Shown here: piece after piece, positions 20,148-29,757 of the stretch
Position numbering within the stretch: the stretch's first letter is position 1
How the letters are laid out: each line of letters begins with the position of its first letter
Assembly: GCA_964594835.1 (NCBI GenBank)
Contig: CAZQNA010000003.1
Location: 96,001 to 160,000, forward strand
Length of the DNA stretch: 64,000 nucleotides
Source: an uncultured Nitrososphaerota archaeon
Lineage (GTDB): Archaea; Korarchaeota; Korarchaeia; Korarchaeales; Korarchaeaceae
Direction: 5' to 3'
The notes under the pieces: generated by a model
What the model saw: only the letters and a program-made list of their open reading frames with translations
Databases searched by the model: none
What the model was told of the DNA's origin: nothing
Program-made: the position numbers and the translations under genes

Positions 20148-21781
20148 CAGTACGTCAACCTGGCCTTCTCGTCACCTTGTGGGGGAGGGGATCCCCTCGA
20201 TCTGCTCCTTGACGCCGCCCAGACGGCCAGGGCCACCACCGCCGCCCCGGCCACCGCGCCCAAGGCTGCGGCCAAGGGGGTCGAGAGCCAGCCTCCCCCT
20301 TGAGGGCCAGTCGGCGTCGTGGCGGGGGACTGCGGGGGCTCGGTCGTCGGGGCCTGTGTGGGCGGCTGTGTGGTGGTTGGGGCAGGCGTTGAAGTTGGAG
20401 TTGGAGTTGGAGTCTCGCCCCCAGCCGAGACTATGACCGTGGCGCTCACCTCCTTCCTCTTTGAGCCAGCAACGCAGGTCAGGGTGACGGTGTACTCGCC
20501 TGGCTCAATCCCCTGGCTGGTCTGGAGCTGAACCGACTCGCTCAGGGACCCGTCCGCAGGCAGGTGCACGGGTTCAGAGGGGGCCCCCAGGGACAGGTGT
20601 GCGGTGGAGGGTGAGACGGTCCACCCGATCAACACGTCGGACTCGAACCCGCCGACGGACGTCAGCGTCAGCGTCAGCTCCGCCGACTCTCCCGCGCTCA
20701 GCTCGACCCTATCGGGGGTCAGCTCCGCCGAGAGATCCTCCGCCACCGCCGGCGCGCCGCCGGCCTCGGCGGCGTGATCGAAGAGGTTCAGGAGTATCCT
20801 CTCGCGGTCTGCGGAGCCTAGATAGAAGGACCACCAGAGTGACGCCCCTATCGCCAGCACCCCGCCGTCCCCCGCCTCGGAGAAGGCGATCATCCCCTCG
20901 GTGGGAGAGGATCCCGGGTAGCTGGCGATCACGGTGGCCTCGGTCGACACGACCTCCACCGGAACCGGGCGGAACAGCTCAATGGTGGACACCCCATCGG
21001 TCAGCCAGTGGTCGGCAAGCTCGTCGGCGGCCACGTGGAAGCCGAGCTCCTCGTCTCTGAACCTCAGCCCGAGGTCCTCGACGACCTGATTTGCCAGATC
21101 GACCTGGCCCATCCACGACGAACTCGCGAAGACAACTAGGTAGCCGCCCGACCTGACGTAGTTCACCAGCCTCTCGGGGCTTATGGCCGAGAAGCCTCTG
21201 TCCACCAAGATCACGACGTCAAACTGGTCGAGGGAGCCCGAGACCCGGTGCCAGTCCAAGGTATCTAGGTAACTGACGTTGGCACCCGCGGACGCCATGA
21301 ACTCCGTCACCGGCTCGAGATGAGTCGCGTTCGAGGTGGATCCCCCGTGGAACGGGGTCTCGTAGACGAGGACGCTCACCCTGGGCTCGGGGGACTCCTT
21401 GACGGTCGCCGACACGGGTATGGATACGTCCCCGGAGTCGGTCTCGACCACTATAACCCCGCTCAGGCTCGCCGGAGCGGAGGTGTCTATCCCCAGAACG
21501 ACTGTCCCCTTTCCCCCGGCGTGAGGATCGTCGGCGTCGAGGTGGATAATCCTCACCCACGTCGGGGCGGACTTTATGCTCGACATCTCGGTGCCCACGA
21601 TCCAGAAGCTTCCCTCCACGAGGGAGCCAACGTACACGTCCCCAAAGTTGAGCGCTGGCGGATAGGCCCCGGGTGGGGGCGTGGAGGACGCTGCCGCGGG
21701 AACTCCCCCCAGCGGGAGGGGGAGGGACAAGGTCAAGAGTAGGGAGAGAGGGAGGAAAACGACCGAGGGACGAGACTTCAT
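20147..21781 (-). CDS. Secreted, C-terminally anchored surface protein (Ig-like, GATase/ThuA-like and Ig-like regions, Thr/Pro linker)
   Basis: Signal peptide, FDVVIL..YVRSGG.LVV region, TPTPTP linker, C-terminal TM followed by basic residues. Confidence 0.75.
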   Translation of the reverse strand: MKSRPSVVFLPLSLLLTLSLPLPLGGVPAAASSTPPPGAYPPALNFGDVYVGSLVEGSFWIVGTEMSSIKSAPTWVRIIHLDADDPHAGGKGTVVLGIDTSAPASLSGVIVVETDSGDVSIPVSATVKESPEPRVSVLVYETPFHGGSTSNATHLEPVTEFMASAGANVSYLDTLDWHRVSGSLDQFDVVILVDRGFSAISPERLVNYVRSGGYLVVFASSSWMGQVDLANQVVEDLGLRFRDEELGFHVAADELADHWLTDGVSTIELFRPVPVEVVSTEATVIASYPGSSPTEGMIAFSEAGDGGVLAIGASLWWSFYLGSADRERILLNLFDHAAEAGGAPAVAEDLSAELTPDRVELSAGESAELTLTLTSVGGFESDVLIGWTVSPSTAHLSLGAPSEPVHLPADGSLSESVQLQTSQGIEPGEYTVTLTCVAGSKRKEVSATVIVSAGGETPTPTPTSTPAPTTTQPPTQAPTTEPPQSPATTPTGPQGGGWLSTPLAAALGAVAGAAVVALAVWAASRSRSRGSPPPQGDEKARLTY

Positions 21782-22044
21782 CTGAGAACTTCATCTCCCT
21801 TCAGTGGGCCCACCGACCTCGTGAAGAAGGTTCACACCCAAGGGCATGAGGCCGGCTTCAGAGGCCAGAGGACCTACTCATCCATGGATCTTCAGCATTT
21901 AAAGCCGCGCCATCCCCGCCTCTCGTTAAACTTTCGAACATTCCAAATTGTTAACTTTATCCTCAATTCTCGCATCGACAAAAGATAGAAAGAGTGGCCA
22001 AGATTTGGGACAGGTAGAATTAATAAAGATTCGGTTAAAGCCGT

Positions 22045-22290
22045 TCAGCCCGACCTGAGGGCCAGCACCTTGGACTTCAGCGAGGCCCAAGCCTCGTTTA
22101 TCTCCTCCCAATTCATCCCTCGGTGCTTCTTCGGGTCGTACTTCGACCTCCCGACCTTCTCCACGACCTTGACATAAAACGCCTCGACCTCCTTGGGGGT
22201 CAGCTCGAGGACCGAGCCTGAAGGCTTGCTGACAACCTGCTGATAACTTGCGGATAACCCGACGTCTTGCTTACAACTCGTTATCAGCAT
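22045..22290 (-). CDS. Small hypothetical protein or fragment
   Basis: Coding-like C-terminal part (LELTPKEVEAFY...NWEEINEAW); start dubious. Confidence 0.4.
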   Translation of the reverse strand: MLITSCKQDVGLSASYQQVVSKPSGSVLELTPKEVEAFYVKVVEKVGRSKYDPKKHRGMNWEEINEAWASLKSKVLALRSG

Positions 22291-22405
22291 GGGGGGAGGG
22301 GAGACCCCCGTCCCCGACGCGCGGACCTCAACTCAATCCGTGGGCATGCCGACCCGATCGGGGCGGGGGAGTGACCGGAGTCGCGCGCTCCAAACTCAAA
22401 TCCGG

Positions 22406-23230
22406 CTACTGCGAACTCGCTGGCATCAACTTAGATTCAAGGGTCAACGCCGGTAAGTGCTCTGAAATCCTGACCAGTAGCGTCAACCCCTCCTCCGTCT
22501 CCGGGTCTGCGGAGGCGGCCCTCCTCAACAAATCGGCCGCGGGCTTTGGCACCGTCAAGAATGCCCTTTCGTGCCTCCTCAACCCCTTGGCGATCGCGAT
22601 TTTGAACAGGGTCCATAGCGGCGCGTCAGCCGGACCTTCGAGGAGTCGCCAACCCCTCCACCTTTCCACGAAGGGAATGCGGAGCACGTAGGAATCCCCT
22701 CTCCTGAGGAATTCGACGAAGGGCCACGGACCGTCGGCCGCCGGTCTCCTCCACGGCTTGCACCCTCTGGGGATCGCCGCGAACTCTCGCCCAATCGGGA
22801 GTTCGGGTGTGGATCCTCCTCTGAGCCTCTTTGTCAGTTGCAGGAGTACCCTGTCAATCTCCGCCCCCCTTCCCAGCCTGGCCGTCCTGAGAAACGCGCC
22901 CCGCGGGGTCAACTCATTCAATTCCTTGATCGCGGAGTTCAGAGTCGGGAAGTCCCCGCGCCTGACGGCTTTGATTGCCTTCCTGAGAACGTCCGCCGCC
23001 TCTCCGGTAAAGGTGATCCTCGCGGCCGGCAAATTCGGATCCAGCCCCAGCCTGAAGGCGATGTCGAGTATCGAGGCGGCCAGGAGGCGCTCCGGGGAGC
23101 CGGGGATCTGGGCGGTGTGCCATTCGTCCGAGTCGGGGGACTTGACCCACCACGTCTCTCCAACTCTTACCAAGTTCAGGGTGACCGTGCGGGTCTCGGC
23201 GCGCACCTTCAACCGAATGTAGAGCCGCAC
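22406..23230 (-). CDS. Hypothetical protein with internal two-fold repeat
   Basis: 274-aa ORF; repeats ending AADVLRKA and AADLLRRA. Confidence 0.65.
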   Translation of the reverse strand: MRLYIRLKVRAETRTVTLNLVRVGETWWVKSPDSDEWHTAQIPGSPERLLAASILDIAFRLGLDPNLPAARITFTGEAADVLRKAIKAVRRGDFPTLNSAIKELNELTPRGAFLRTARLGRGAEIDRVLLQLTKRLRGGSTPELPIGREFAAIPRGCKPWRRPAADGPWPFVEFLRRGDSYVLRIPFVERWRGWRLLEGPADAPLWTLFKIAIAKGLRRHERAFLTVPKPAADLLRRAASADPETEEGLTLLVRISEHLPALTLESKLMPASSQ

Positions 23231-23322
23231 CCCTATTAACTCGTCCCCCGCCCGGGCCCCCTCCGCTGGAAGCCCAGGCGGGGCGCTCGAGAATGCTCCG
23301 GATACGAAGGAGATGCGATCGT

Positions 23323-23751
23323 CTATTCGGTCCCCTCCTTCTGCGAGGCGCGCGCTATCGCATCCAGCTCTTGAATGAATGCTTCCACTCGAGAGATGAA
23401 TTCCTTGACATCCTCTTCCGAAATTGTTCTCTTAGATGGGAGTTCCTCCCCTGCGTCGTGAATCTTTACGAAGCGGTCATAGAGGTAGTTTTCTCGGTAG
23501 TTGAGAGCCTCTCGGAATTCTCCGAAGAGGTTGCGTGAAATTGACTCGTTGCGGCTAAGGCCGTCTCCTGAAAGCACCGCGACCTTCGAAACGGAGCCAC
23601 CCTGCGACTCTATGAATTCCTCTACCTTCGCTCGGGCGGCGGACAGAGCAAAGTAGACGGCGTTAAAGTAGTCCCCTGACTCCAAGAATCTCTTGGCGTT
23701 GTCGAGCCAGTATTCGATTCCCACACTGTCATCATTCTCCCGATCTGGCAT
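23323..23751 (-). CDS. HEPN-domain protein
   Basis: WLDNAKRFLESGDYFNAVYFA, R-x4-Y (RENYLY), SEEDVKEFISRVEAFI. Confidence 0.72.
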   Translation of the reverse strand: MPDRENDDSVGIEYWLDNAKRFLESGDYFNAVYFALSAARAKVEEFIESQGGSVSKVAVLSGDGLSRNESISRNLFGEFREALNYRENYLYDRFVKIHDAGEELPSKRTISEEDVKEFISRVEAFIQELDAIARASQKEGTE

Positions 23752-23999
23752 ACTCCATTTACCGACCGAGACATAAAAATAGTGAGTGCCTGGGAAATTT
23801 CCTGAGTATTTTTATTCCTCTATTTATAAGGCGCGGATTCCTCTCGTTTTTAACAGACTGATGAGTTCGAGGACTCCGCATTGTCCCGGCTGAACCCTGT
23901 AATGCTTTCCGGATCTCCTCGCGCTCTCAACAACTTCCGCGTGGAACGTGCGCGAACGCAGACTTATGAAAAACGGCGGAATATTGGCGTTGAGCGGGG

Positions 24000-24629
24000 T
24001 TGACCGCCAGAACTTGGAGTGAGGAACTCGTGGCCGAGTGGCTTCGTTTGAGAGGGTATTTCGTCGAGACGAACGTTCCCGTGGGCACGGGAGAGAAGGG
24101 CGGACGCAAAGAGGCCGACATCGTCGGGTTCAGGTTTGTGGAAGGTAAGCCTGAGATCCTGCACATCGAGATCACGGGGAGTTCAGAGGGGAGAGAGGAT
24201 ATGCTGAAGATAGCGCGTTCGAGGTTCGAAAGGAAGCGGGTTGAGACCCTGATCTCGAGGATCGAGTCCGCCGCCGGCGTCAGGGTCGATCCGAGGAATT
24301 ACTGGAAGGTGTTCGTTACCCTTTACCTGAGCATCGGCCCGCGCGCCAGGGTCTTCTGGGAAATCAAGGACGAACTCGCCAAAGAGGGGATCAAGGTCGT
24401 CCACATGGCGGAGTTGCTCCCGTGCATAATCTCAGAAGTTAAGGATAGGGTCGTGACCGAGGAGGGCCACAGAACCCTCCCCCAGAGTTGGTCCACGCTC
24501 AAAGTGATCGAGTACCTGGTGGCGGAGCAGATCGTTTCGTTGAACAGGTCCTGCTCGCTTGACGTTGACGATCTCCTCGGCGCCTCAAATCGGGGGCGGG
24601 GCGATTCACCTAATCCTCAACTCGCTTAA
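24000..24629 (+). CDS. PD-(D/E)XK restriction-endonuclease-like protein
   Basis: EELVAEWL...GY.VETNV...EADIVG...HIEIT. Confidence 0.72.
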   Translation: MTARTWSEELVAEWLRLRGYFVETNVPVGTGEKGGRKEADIVGFRFVEGKPEILHIEITGSSEGREDMLKIARSRFERKRVETLISRIESAAGVRVDPRNYWKVFVTLYLSIGPRARVFWEIKDELAKEGIKVVHMAELLPCIISEVKDRVVTEEGHRTLPQSWSTLKVIEYLVAEQIVSLNRSCSLDVDDLLGASNRGRGDSPNPQLA

Positions 24630-24653
24630 CTTGCCGTGGGGCGTAATGCAGAT

Positions 24654-25511
24654 TCAAGGGTCGAACTTCGATCTCAACCGCGACAAAAGACCGGAACTCC
24701 GCGCTTTGAGGTAAGAACACTTGCCGGGGAAGGACGGCACGCCTTCGAGCGCTTTGAGCATCCTGACAAGCCTCTCGTATGTCTCGTCGAGTTTGGAGTA
24801 CTCGGACATCAACTCTGAGAATTTCGATCGAAGATATTTATCCGACATCAAGCCTTCCAATGCGCTCTTGAGTTCCCTGACCGCCTCCTCCGTCCCTTCT
24901 TTCGTCGCCAAGTTGTCGCCGCCCCACCACACCCCGCCCTCTCGAAGTTCGGGGTTGCCGAGCAACTCGCGCGCGGCCTCTTCCCCAACCGCGGCGGTCT
25001 CCTCCAAGAAGCGAATCAACCTCTGGCAAATCGATGCGATTGAAGGTTCACGATAAGCCCCGACCAGGGGGCCAAGCGTTTCGTCAACCCTCCGCCTCAC
25101 GAGTTCCCTCGCCTCGCCCGACTTCCGCACGTAATCCCTTAACTCCTCCAGGTACTCGCTCCAAATCCTCTCTAAATCACTCTTGGGGTTGAACTTCTCC
25201 CCTCCGCCCATTTCGAGGGGCAAATTGGGCAGGTGTTTGTCGAGGAGGTCCGCCAGCATGGGCTCTTCTCGCTTTAACTCTTCCAGGGATTTAGGGTATT
25301 CTCTGGCTCTGTACGGCTCAACTGGCTTTGGTAGGATCTCTTTTTCCTTCTTAGCAATCCCTCTCAAACTCTCGTAGTGAGCCTTCTTTGCCTCCGCCTC
25401 CACGGCGGCCTCTCTCGCGCGTCTCTTTCCGAGGTAGTATCCGACTCCCAAGCTGATCAGAACAGGAAGTACTTCATTGAGCAAATCCAAGATTTGAGGC
25501 GGTAGATCCAA
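24654..25511 (-). CDS. N-terminally membrane-anchored helical hypothetical protein
   Basis: VLPVLISLGVGYYLG then KRR and a charged helical body. Confidence 0.7.
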   Translation of the reverse strand: MDLPPQILDLLNEVLPVLISLGVGYYLGKRRAREAAVEAEAKKAHYESLRGIAKKEKEILPKPVEPYRAREYPKSLEELKREEPMLADLLDKHLPNLPLEMGGGEKFNPKSDLERIWSEYLEELRDYVRKSGEARELVRRRVDETLGPLVGAYREPSIASICQRLIRFLEETAAVGEEAARELLGNPELREGGVWWGGDNLATKEGTEEAVRELKSALEGLMSDKYLRSKFSELMSEYSKLDETYERLVRMLKALEGVPSFPGKCSYLKARSSGLLSRLRSKFDP

Positions 25512-25562
25512 TTGACAGACACCTCATCTTGTTGCGCGAGGGAACCTTGAAAGATTTGTCGC

Positions 25563-25883
25563 ATGGGAGGGAGGGGGTACGACTTCGCTGTGACTGCCAG
25601 CGGAGGGGAATTCTATGTCAACTTCAAGGCCGAGGTCGCAACCGGCAGGATGCTGGAGACTCTGTGGCTGATGTCCTACTCGGTCTACAAGAAGCTCTCG
25701 AACATGCTGGATAGGCTGTACGTTCTGCACCTAGAGTACCTCTTGGAGGAGTCGAGGGTGAGGGCCAGGAGGGTCTCGTGGGCTGGCCCGGTGTCCTCGC
25801 TGGAGGTGGTGGTGTACGACGAGAACTCTGCCTCCGGGTTCATCCTGAGGCCGGACGGAGGGAGCCCCTGCGGCCGGGAGTGA
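25563..25883 (+). pseudogene. Possible fragment of a PD-(D/E)XK nuclease
   Basis: YDFAV...FYVNFK; short with a degenerate-looking end. Confidence 0.4.
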
Positions 25884-26057
25884 GGGCCAGGACTGACTTC
25901 AACGGGAGGCACGCGCACATGTTTGGCGGGAACTGCGTACAAGCTGGGACTCTCGCCATCAATAGGCTACAATTCGTGGTTATCGACACGCGCGATGCCC
26001 CTAATCATCGGGCGGGGGCGATTTTGAATCAAAAAAAGCTAGAGAGGAGACCGAGCA

Positions 26058-29033
26058 TTAACTAAGCCTCTTTAGCGCTTCAAACTCGTTACACATAGCG
26101 TCATAGAGGTCCTCGAGGAGATCTTGGGCCTCTCTAGCTGAAAATCCCAAGACCTCTAGGATAGTCCTATCAATTTCAACTCTGTACTGGAACCTCTCCT
26201 CTATCTGCTCCCAGACGCTCGGGAACTCGACACGGGCCGTCCTGTCGAATAGGTTCAGGAGAGCATCCCTCTCCTCCTCGCTCAATGTGCGGGGATCCAA
26301 AGTTAGGAAGTCCAGCAGGGCGTATTTGTTGACGTCTATCCAGATGTCCTGGATTTTCGTTACGAGAATCTGCGAAAGGTTGAGCGTGCTGTTCATCCAA
26401 AGTACGGTGATCTTGTGCAGCTTTGGTCCCCCGCCAGGAACGCTCCAGACTGTCCCGTAAGGGACTAGCGGGGTTGCGGAATAGAAGCTAACGTGGCGGA
26501 GTCCTGGGGCTATTGGAGAGTATCGGAAGCCTATGAGCAGACTCGCGAGCCTTCTCCTGATGTATCGCTTCCATCTGTCTAAGGCCGACCCGATCATCTC
26601 CAACCTCCTGTTGGGAAGGAACCTCTCTATCCCTGGGAATGTCTCCACCACCACGTAGTCGTGCTCGTGCTCCCTTATCTCCATGGTCGGGAAATCGCTG
26701 TACGTTATCAGCGCGGGTAAGAGGCTCTGCTTCGGTATGCTCACACACTCTCCTGTGGACCTGTCCTTGGCGACGATCTCCTCAGGGAGGTCCTCCTCGA
26801 CGACCCAGCGATAACCCGCCCGGGGCAGCCTCGACTCAGATCTCCCTATAGCCATCTCGCTTGCTACGATTGGGGGGGCTCGGGAGCGAGTCCCCTCGAC
26901 AACATCCATTTCCTGCGACTGCAGGAGGTCCCCGAAGCGGACGAGCTTTCGCGACCCCCTCCTTATCACTTCACCCCATATATGCCTGATTCTTGGGTCG
27001 TACACTGCGATATATTTGAACCAATTGTCCAATGAATTTTCAAGATCTGCATGACTCACGGATAGTATGTAAAATGGTTCTGTTGAAATTTCGGCTCCGC
27101 TTTCGGCTAGCCTACTCTCCCTAATCTCCTCCGCCATTCTAATTGCGTCGGATGGATTCTCAGGGAGCCTCCTTAACGTAACTATGTTGCAGGGCCTTGA
27201 CCCTCTTCGTCCTTCAGGACTCGCTTTCTGAGCGACTAGGAGGATCTCCCTGATCCAAGCAGATTCAGAAAAGGCCAACCTTTCCCACGCGGTGATTATG
27301 TACTCTATAACGTAGCGTTCTGCCAGGAGCCTGCGTATCCCCTCTGCGCTAGGCACTCTGAGCATCGAGGCTGGGAGCACCAGCGCAAGTCTCCCTCCAT
27401 CCTTCAGGAATCTGTCCGCCAGAAAGATGAAGTAGCCGAAATAACCCATCCTCCCGTCGAAATAGTCGGAGTACTCTAGGAACCTCTGGTCTAGGACGGC
27501 CTTGTATTCCTGAGGGAGCCTCTCCTGCCTAGTGAAGGGCGGATTCATCATGATGATGTCATAGGTCTCAAGCCTGATAGGCCTCCCGCCAGGCCCCTCC
27601 GGCGATAGAACTCCCTTCTCCGGCCTAGTTTCATCTTCCTCCACCCCTAAGTACTGGGAGAGTCTCGGAATCCCGAGGACATCCTCCATCCTTGCCAGCG
27701 ACGGGATTTCCCTTCCAGGGCTCAGCTCTGTGCTATCCCACACTGCCACATTGACGTGGTTCGTTGGCCACTTGGGGGCTTGGGAGGCCAGGTTGATCAC
27801 GGCCAGGTGGGCCGCCAAGGGCATGACGTCGACGCCGAGGAGGTCCTCCTCGACGAACCTCCTGTGATCCTCGGCTGTGAAGAGTTGCTCCTCTGGATAT
27901 CCTCTCTTCCTACGCTCCTCCTCTAGGAGATACTTCTTCCTTCTGTAGGCCGCTACCAAGAGACCTCCGCTTCCACAGGCCAAGTCTGCAACCTTTGCCT
28001 CTGGGTCCTCTATCGCCAGGTGCGCTAAGAATTCCGCCCTCAAGGGGTTCGTGTAGAAGGCCGCAACGTGCTTCCTGACCTCTATTGGTATCAGATCGTG
28101 AAATATCGTACCTATCAGGTCGGGACCGGCTTTCTCTGGGCCTATGGCTTTGACGGCCGCGACGGCGGCCTTTACTCCGTTTAAGTACCGACGTGGCACT
28201 AAGCTCGCGATGTCATAAGCGAAGAGGATCCTGTAGTTTATGTCAAGAACCCTTGAGAAATATTCATTTAGATCAGAGGGCCTCGTTAGAGAGTCTTCGT
28301 CTATCTCAGGAAGTTTCTCCGGGTGAAACCTGGAGAGAATGTGGTAAAACAAGATTTGATCCATGAGAATGAAGGCGGCGGCTTCCCTCATGGCCCCGAC
28401 GGGATACCGTCCCTCCTCATACTGGAGGACGTATTCGAATACCTGCCTTCCTCCGAAGATCCCCTCTATATCCCTGCCTCCCAACCCCCTGAGGCCAGCT
28501 GAGATCTCCTTGGCGGCGGCCCTCAGGACCCCTATGACGTAGTTCAGCGGGATCTCGGGCTTCTCCGGGGGCATCAGGACATGCTCCGCTATGAAGTCCG
28601 CGACCGCGTCTGGCCGGCCCTTGGCGACCTGGAGGGGCCTGGCGTCCTCCGGCGGGAAGATCGCCAGGCAGGTGAACTCGCTGGCCATAACCTCGTCCCT
28701 GAGCCTGTCCAGGGAAATCGGCCTCGCCAGCCTCTCGGGGTAGAGCACCGCAAAGCCCCCGCCGAGCGCGGGCGGGCCTATCAACTTGTGGTGCTTCACG
28801 TAATCGTTGTAGATCTTCTGAATGGCCTTGGGGAAGTCTCTCTCCCTGAACTTGGCCTCAACCACGTATAGCAGGGAGTCCTGGCAGACGATGTCTGGCT
28901 TCCTAGTCCCTACGGGCGTCTTTAGACTCATGTACGGCTGAGCGTGGACGCCCCTGGCCCTGAGTTCCTCCGTGAGGATTGTGGTGAGGGTATCTTCAGT
29001 GGGCTTAGGGAGGGACACATTTGGGACTTGCAC
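26058..29033 (-). CDS. Type IIG-like fused restriction endonuclease / N6-adenine methyltransferase
   Basis: KPDI...VEAK nuclease motif, AFYT, DLACGSGGLL (motif I), NPPF (motif IV), C-terminal TRD-like region. Confidence 0.88.
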   Translation of the reverse strand: MQVPNVSLPKPTEDTLTTILTEELRARGVHAQPYMSLKTPVGTRKPDIVCQDSLLYVVEAKFRERDFPKAIQKIYNDYVKHHKLIGPPALGGGFAVLYPERLARPISLDRLRDEVMASEFTCLAIFPPEDARPLQVAKGRPDAVADFIAEHVLMPPEKPEIPLNYVIGVLRAAAKEISAGLRGLGGRDIEGIFGGRQVFEYVLQYEEGRYPVGAMREAAAFILMDQILFYHILSRFHPEKLPEIDEDSLTRPSDLNEYFSRVLDINYRILFAYDIASLVPRRYLNGVKAAVAAVKAIGPEKAGPDLIGTIFHDLIPIEVRKHVAAFYTNPLRAEFLAHLAIEDPEAKVADLACGSGGLLVAAYRRKKYLLEEERRKRGYPEEQLFTAEDHRRFVEEDLLGVDVMPLAAHLAVINLASQAPKWPTNHVNVAVWDSTELSPGREIPSLARMEDVLGIPRLSQYLGVEEDETRPEKGVLSPEGPGGRPIRLETYDIIMMNPPFTRQERLPQEYKAVLDQRFLEYSDYFDGRMGYFGYFIFLADRFLKDGGRLALVLPASMLRVPSAEGIRRLLAERYVIEYIITAWERLAFSESAWIREILLVAQKASPEGRRGSRPCNIVTLRRLPENPSDAIRMAEEIRESRLAESGAEISTEPFYILSVSHADLENSLDNWFKYIAVYDPRIRHIWGEVIRRGSRKLVRFGDLLQSQEMDVVEGTRSRAPPIVASEMAIGRSESRLPRAGYRWVVEEDLPEEIVAKDRSTGECVSIPKQSLLPALITYSDFPTMEIREHEHDYVVVETFPGIERFLPNRRLEMIGSALDRWKRYIRRRLASLLIGFRYSPIAPGLRHVSFYSATPLVPYGTVWSVPGGGPKLHKITVLWMNSTLNLSQILVTKIQDIWIDVNKYALLDFLTLDPRTLSEEERDALLNLFDRTARVEFPSVWEQIEERFQYRVEIDRTILEVLGFSAREAQDLLEDLYDAMCNEFEALKRLS

Positions 29034-29134
29034 GTGAAACTTAAATGCGCCGCGAGTGAGGGCGTTTTCACACCTGCCAGTTTGTCCTGGCCTTGCAGGC
29101 CAGCCTGACTAGCCCGTCGATGAAATACGCGCGG

Positions 29135-29518
29135 TCAGATGAGCCCCGCGCGCCTGAGCCAGCGCTTCAGCGTCCCGGAGCCCAATCGACCCAACCTCCC
29201 CTCCCGCCCGGGCCAGACCCAGATCCAGGCCCCGCGGCCTTCAATCAAAGCCTCCGGCCTCTTGGGATACCCCAAAACCCCGATCACGCAAAACGGCTCC
29301 GGGTGCTCCCTCTTGAACGCCTCCCTGACCCTCCACGCCAGCGAATCGTGGTCCCGCGAGCCCCTAACCTCGACGAAGGCCCTGCGGCCGCCGCGAACGA
29401 GTTCAAGGTCGTAATGGGCGTGGTCCGACTGGACTGCGATCCTCACGTCCGGCAGGTTCAGCCAGGCGAGTAGGATCTCCAAAGCCCCGGCCACGACCCT
29501 TTCGAGCCTCCGGCCCAT
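29135..29518 (-). CDS. Small PD-(D/E)XK-like protein
   Basis: GRRLERVV...YDLEL...FVEVR. Confidence 0.55.
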   Translation of the reverse strand: MGRRLERVVAGALEILLAWLNLPDVRIAVQSDHAHYDLELVRGGRRAFVEVRGSRDHDSLAWRVREAFKREHPEPFCVIGVLGYPKRPEALIEGRGAWIWVWPGREGRLGRLGSGTLKRWLRRAGLI

Positions 29519-29757
29519 CCTCTTGTTGTACCCGCTCAGGGCGGACCTGCGGGACGCGCGTGTCACGTGCCGACCCCTCCGAGTCGATCCCCAAATTGTT
29601 CAAAATTTGGCGGATATGGTCTCCGAGATCGATTTACGTTTGGGGAAGCGTGCCCGGTGATGACGAAAAATCACGTCAGGTGGCGGAGGGGGCGGCACGC
29701 GACGGGTTTGTGCGTGGGTGTTTGTCGGCCCGGGGAAGTTGCGAGCGGGGGTGTGGG

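Noticed and set aside
23853-23900. Hammerhead ribozyme (CTGATGAG core)
   Set aside because: No GAAA after stem II and no compatible stem III/UH site; also too short for a canonical two-guide C/D sRNA
21943-29600. CCAAATTGTT direct repeat flanking the cargo block as att sites
   Set aside because: Only 10 bp in AT-rich DNA, which is plausible by chance, and the right arms differ
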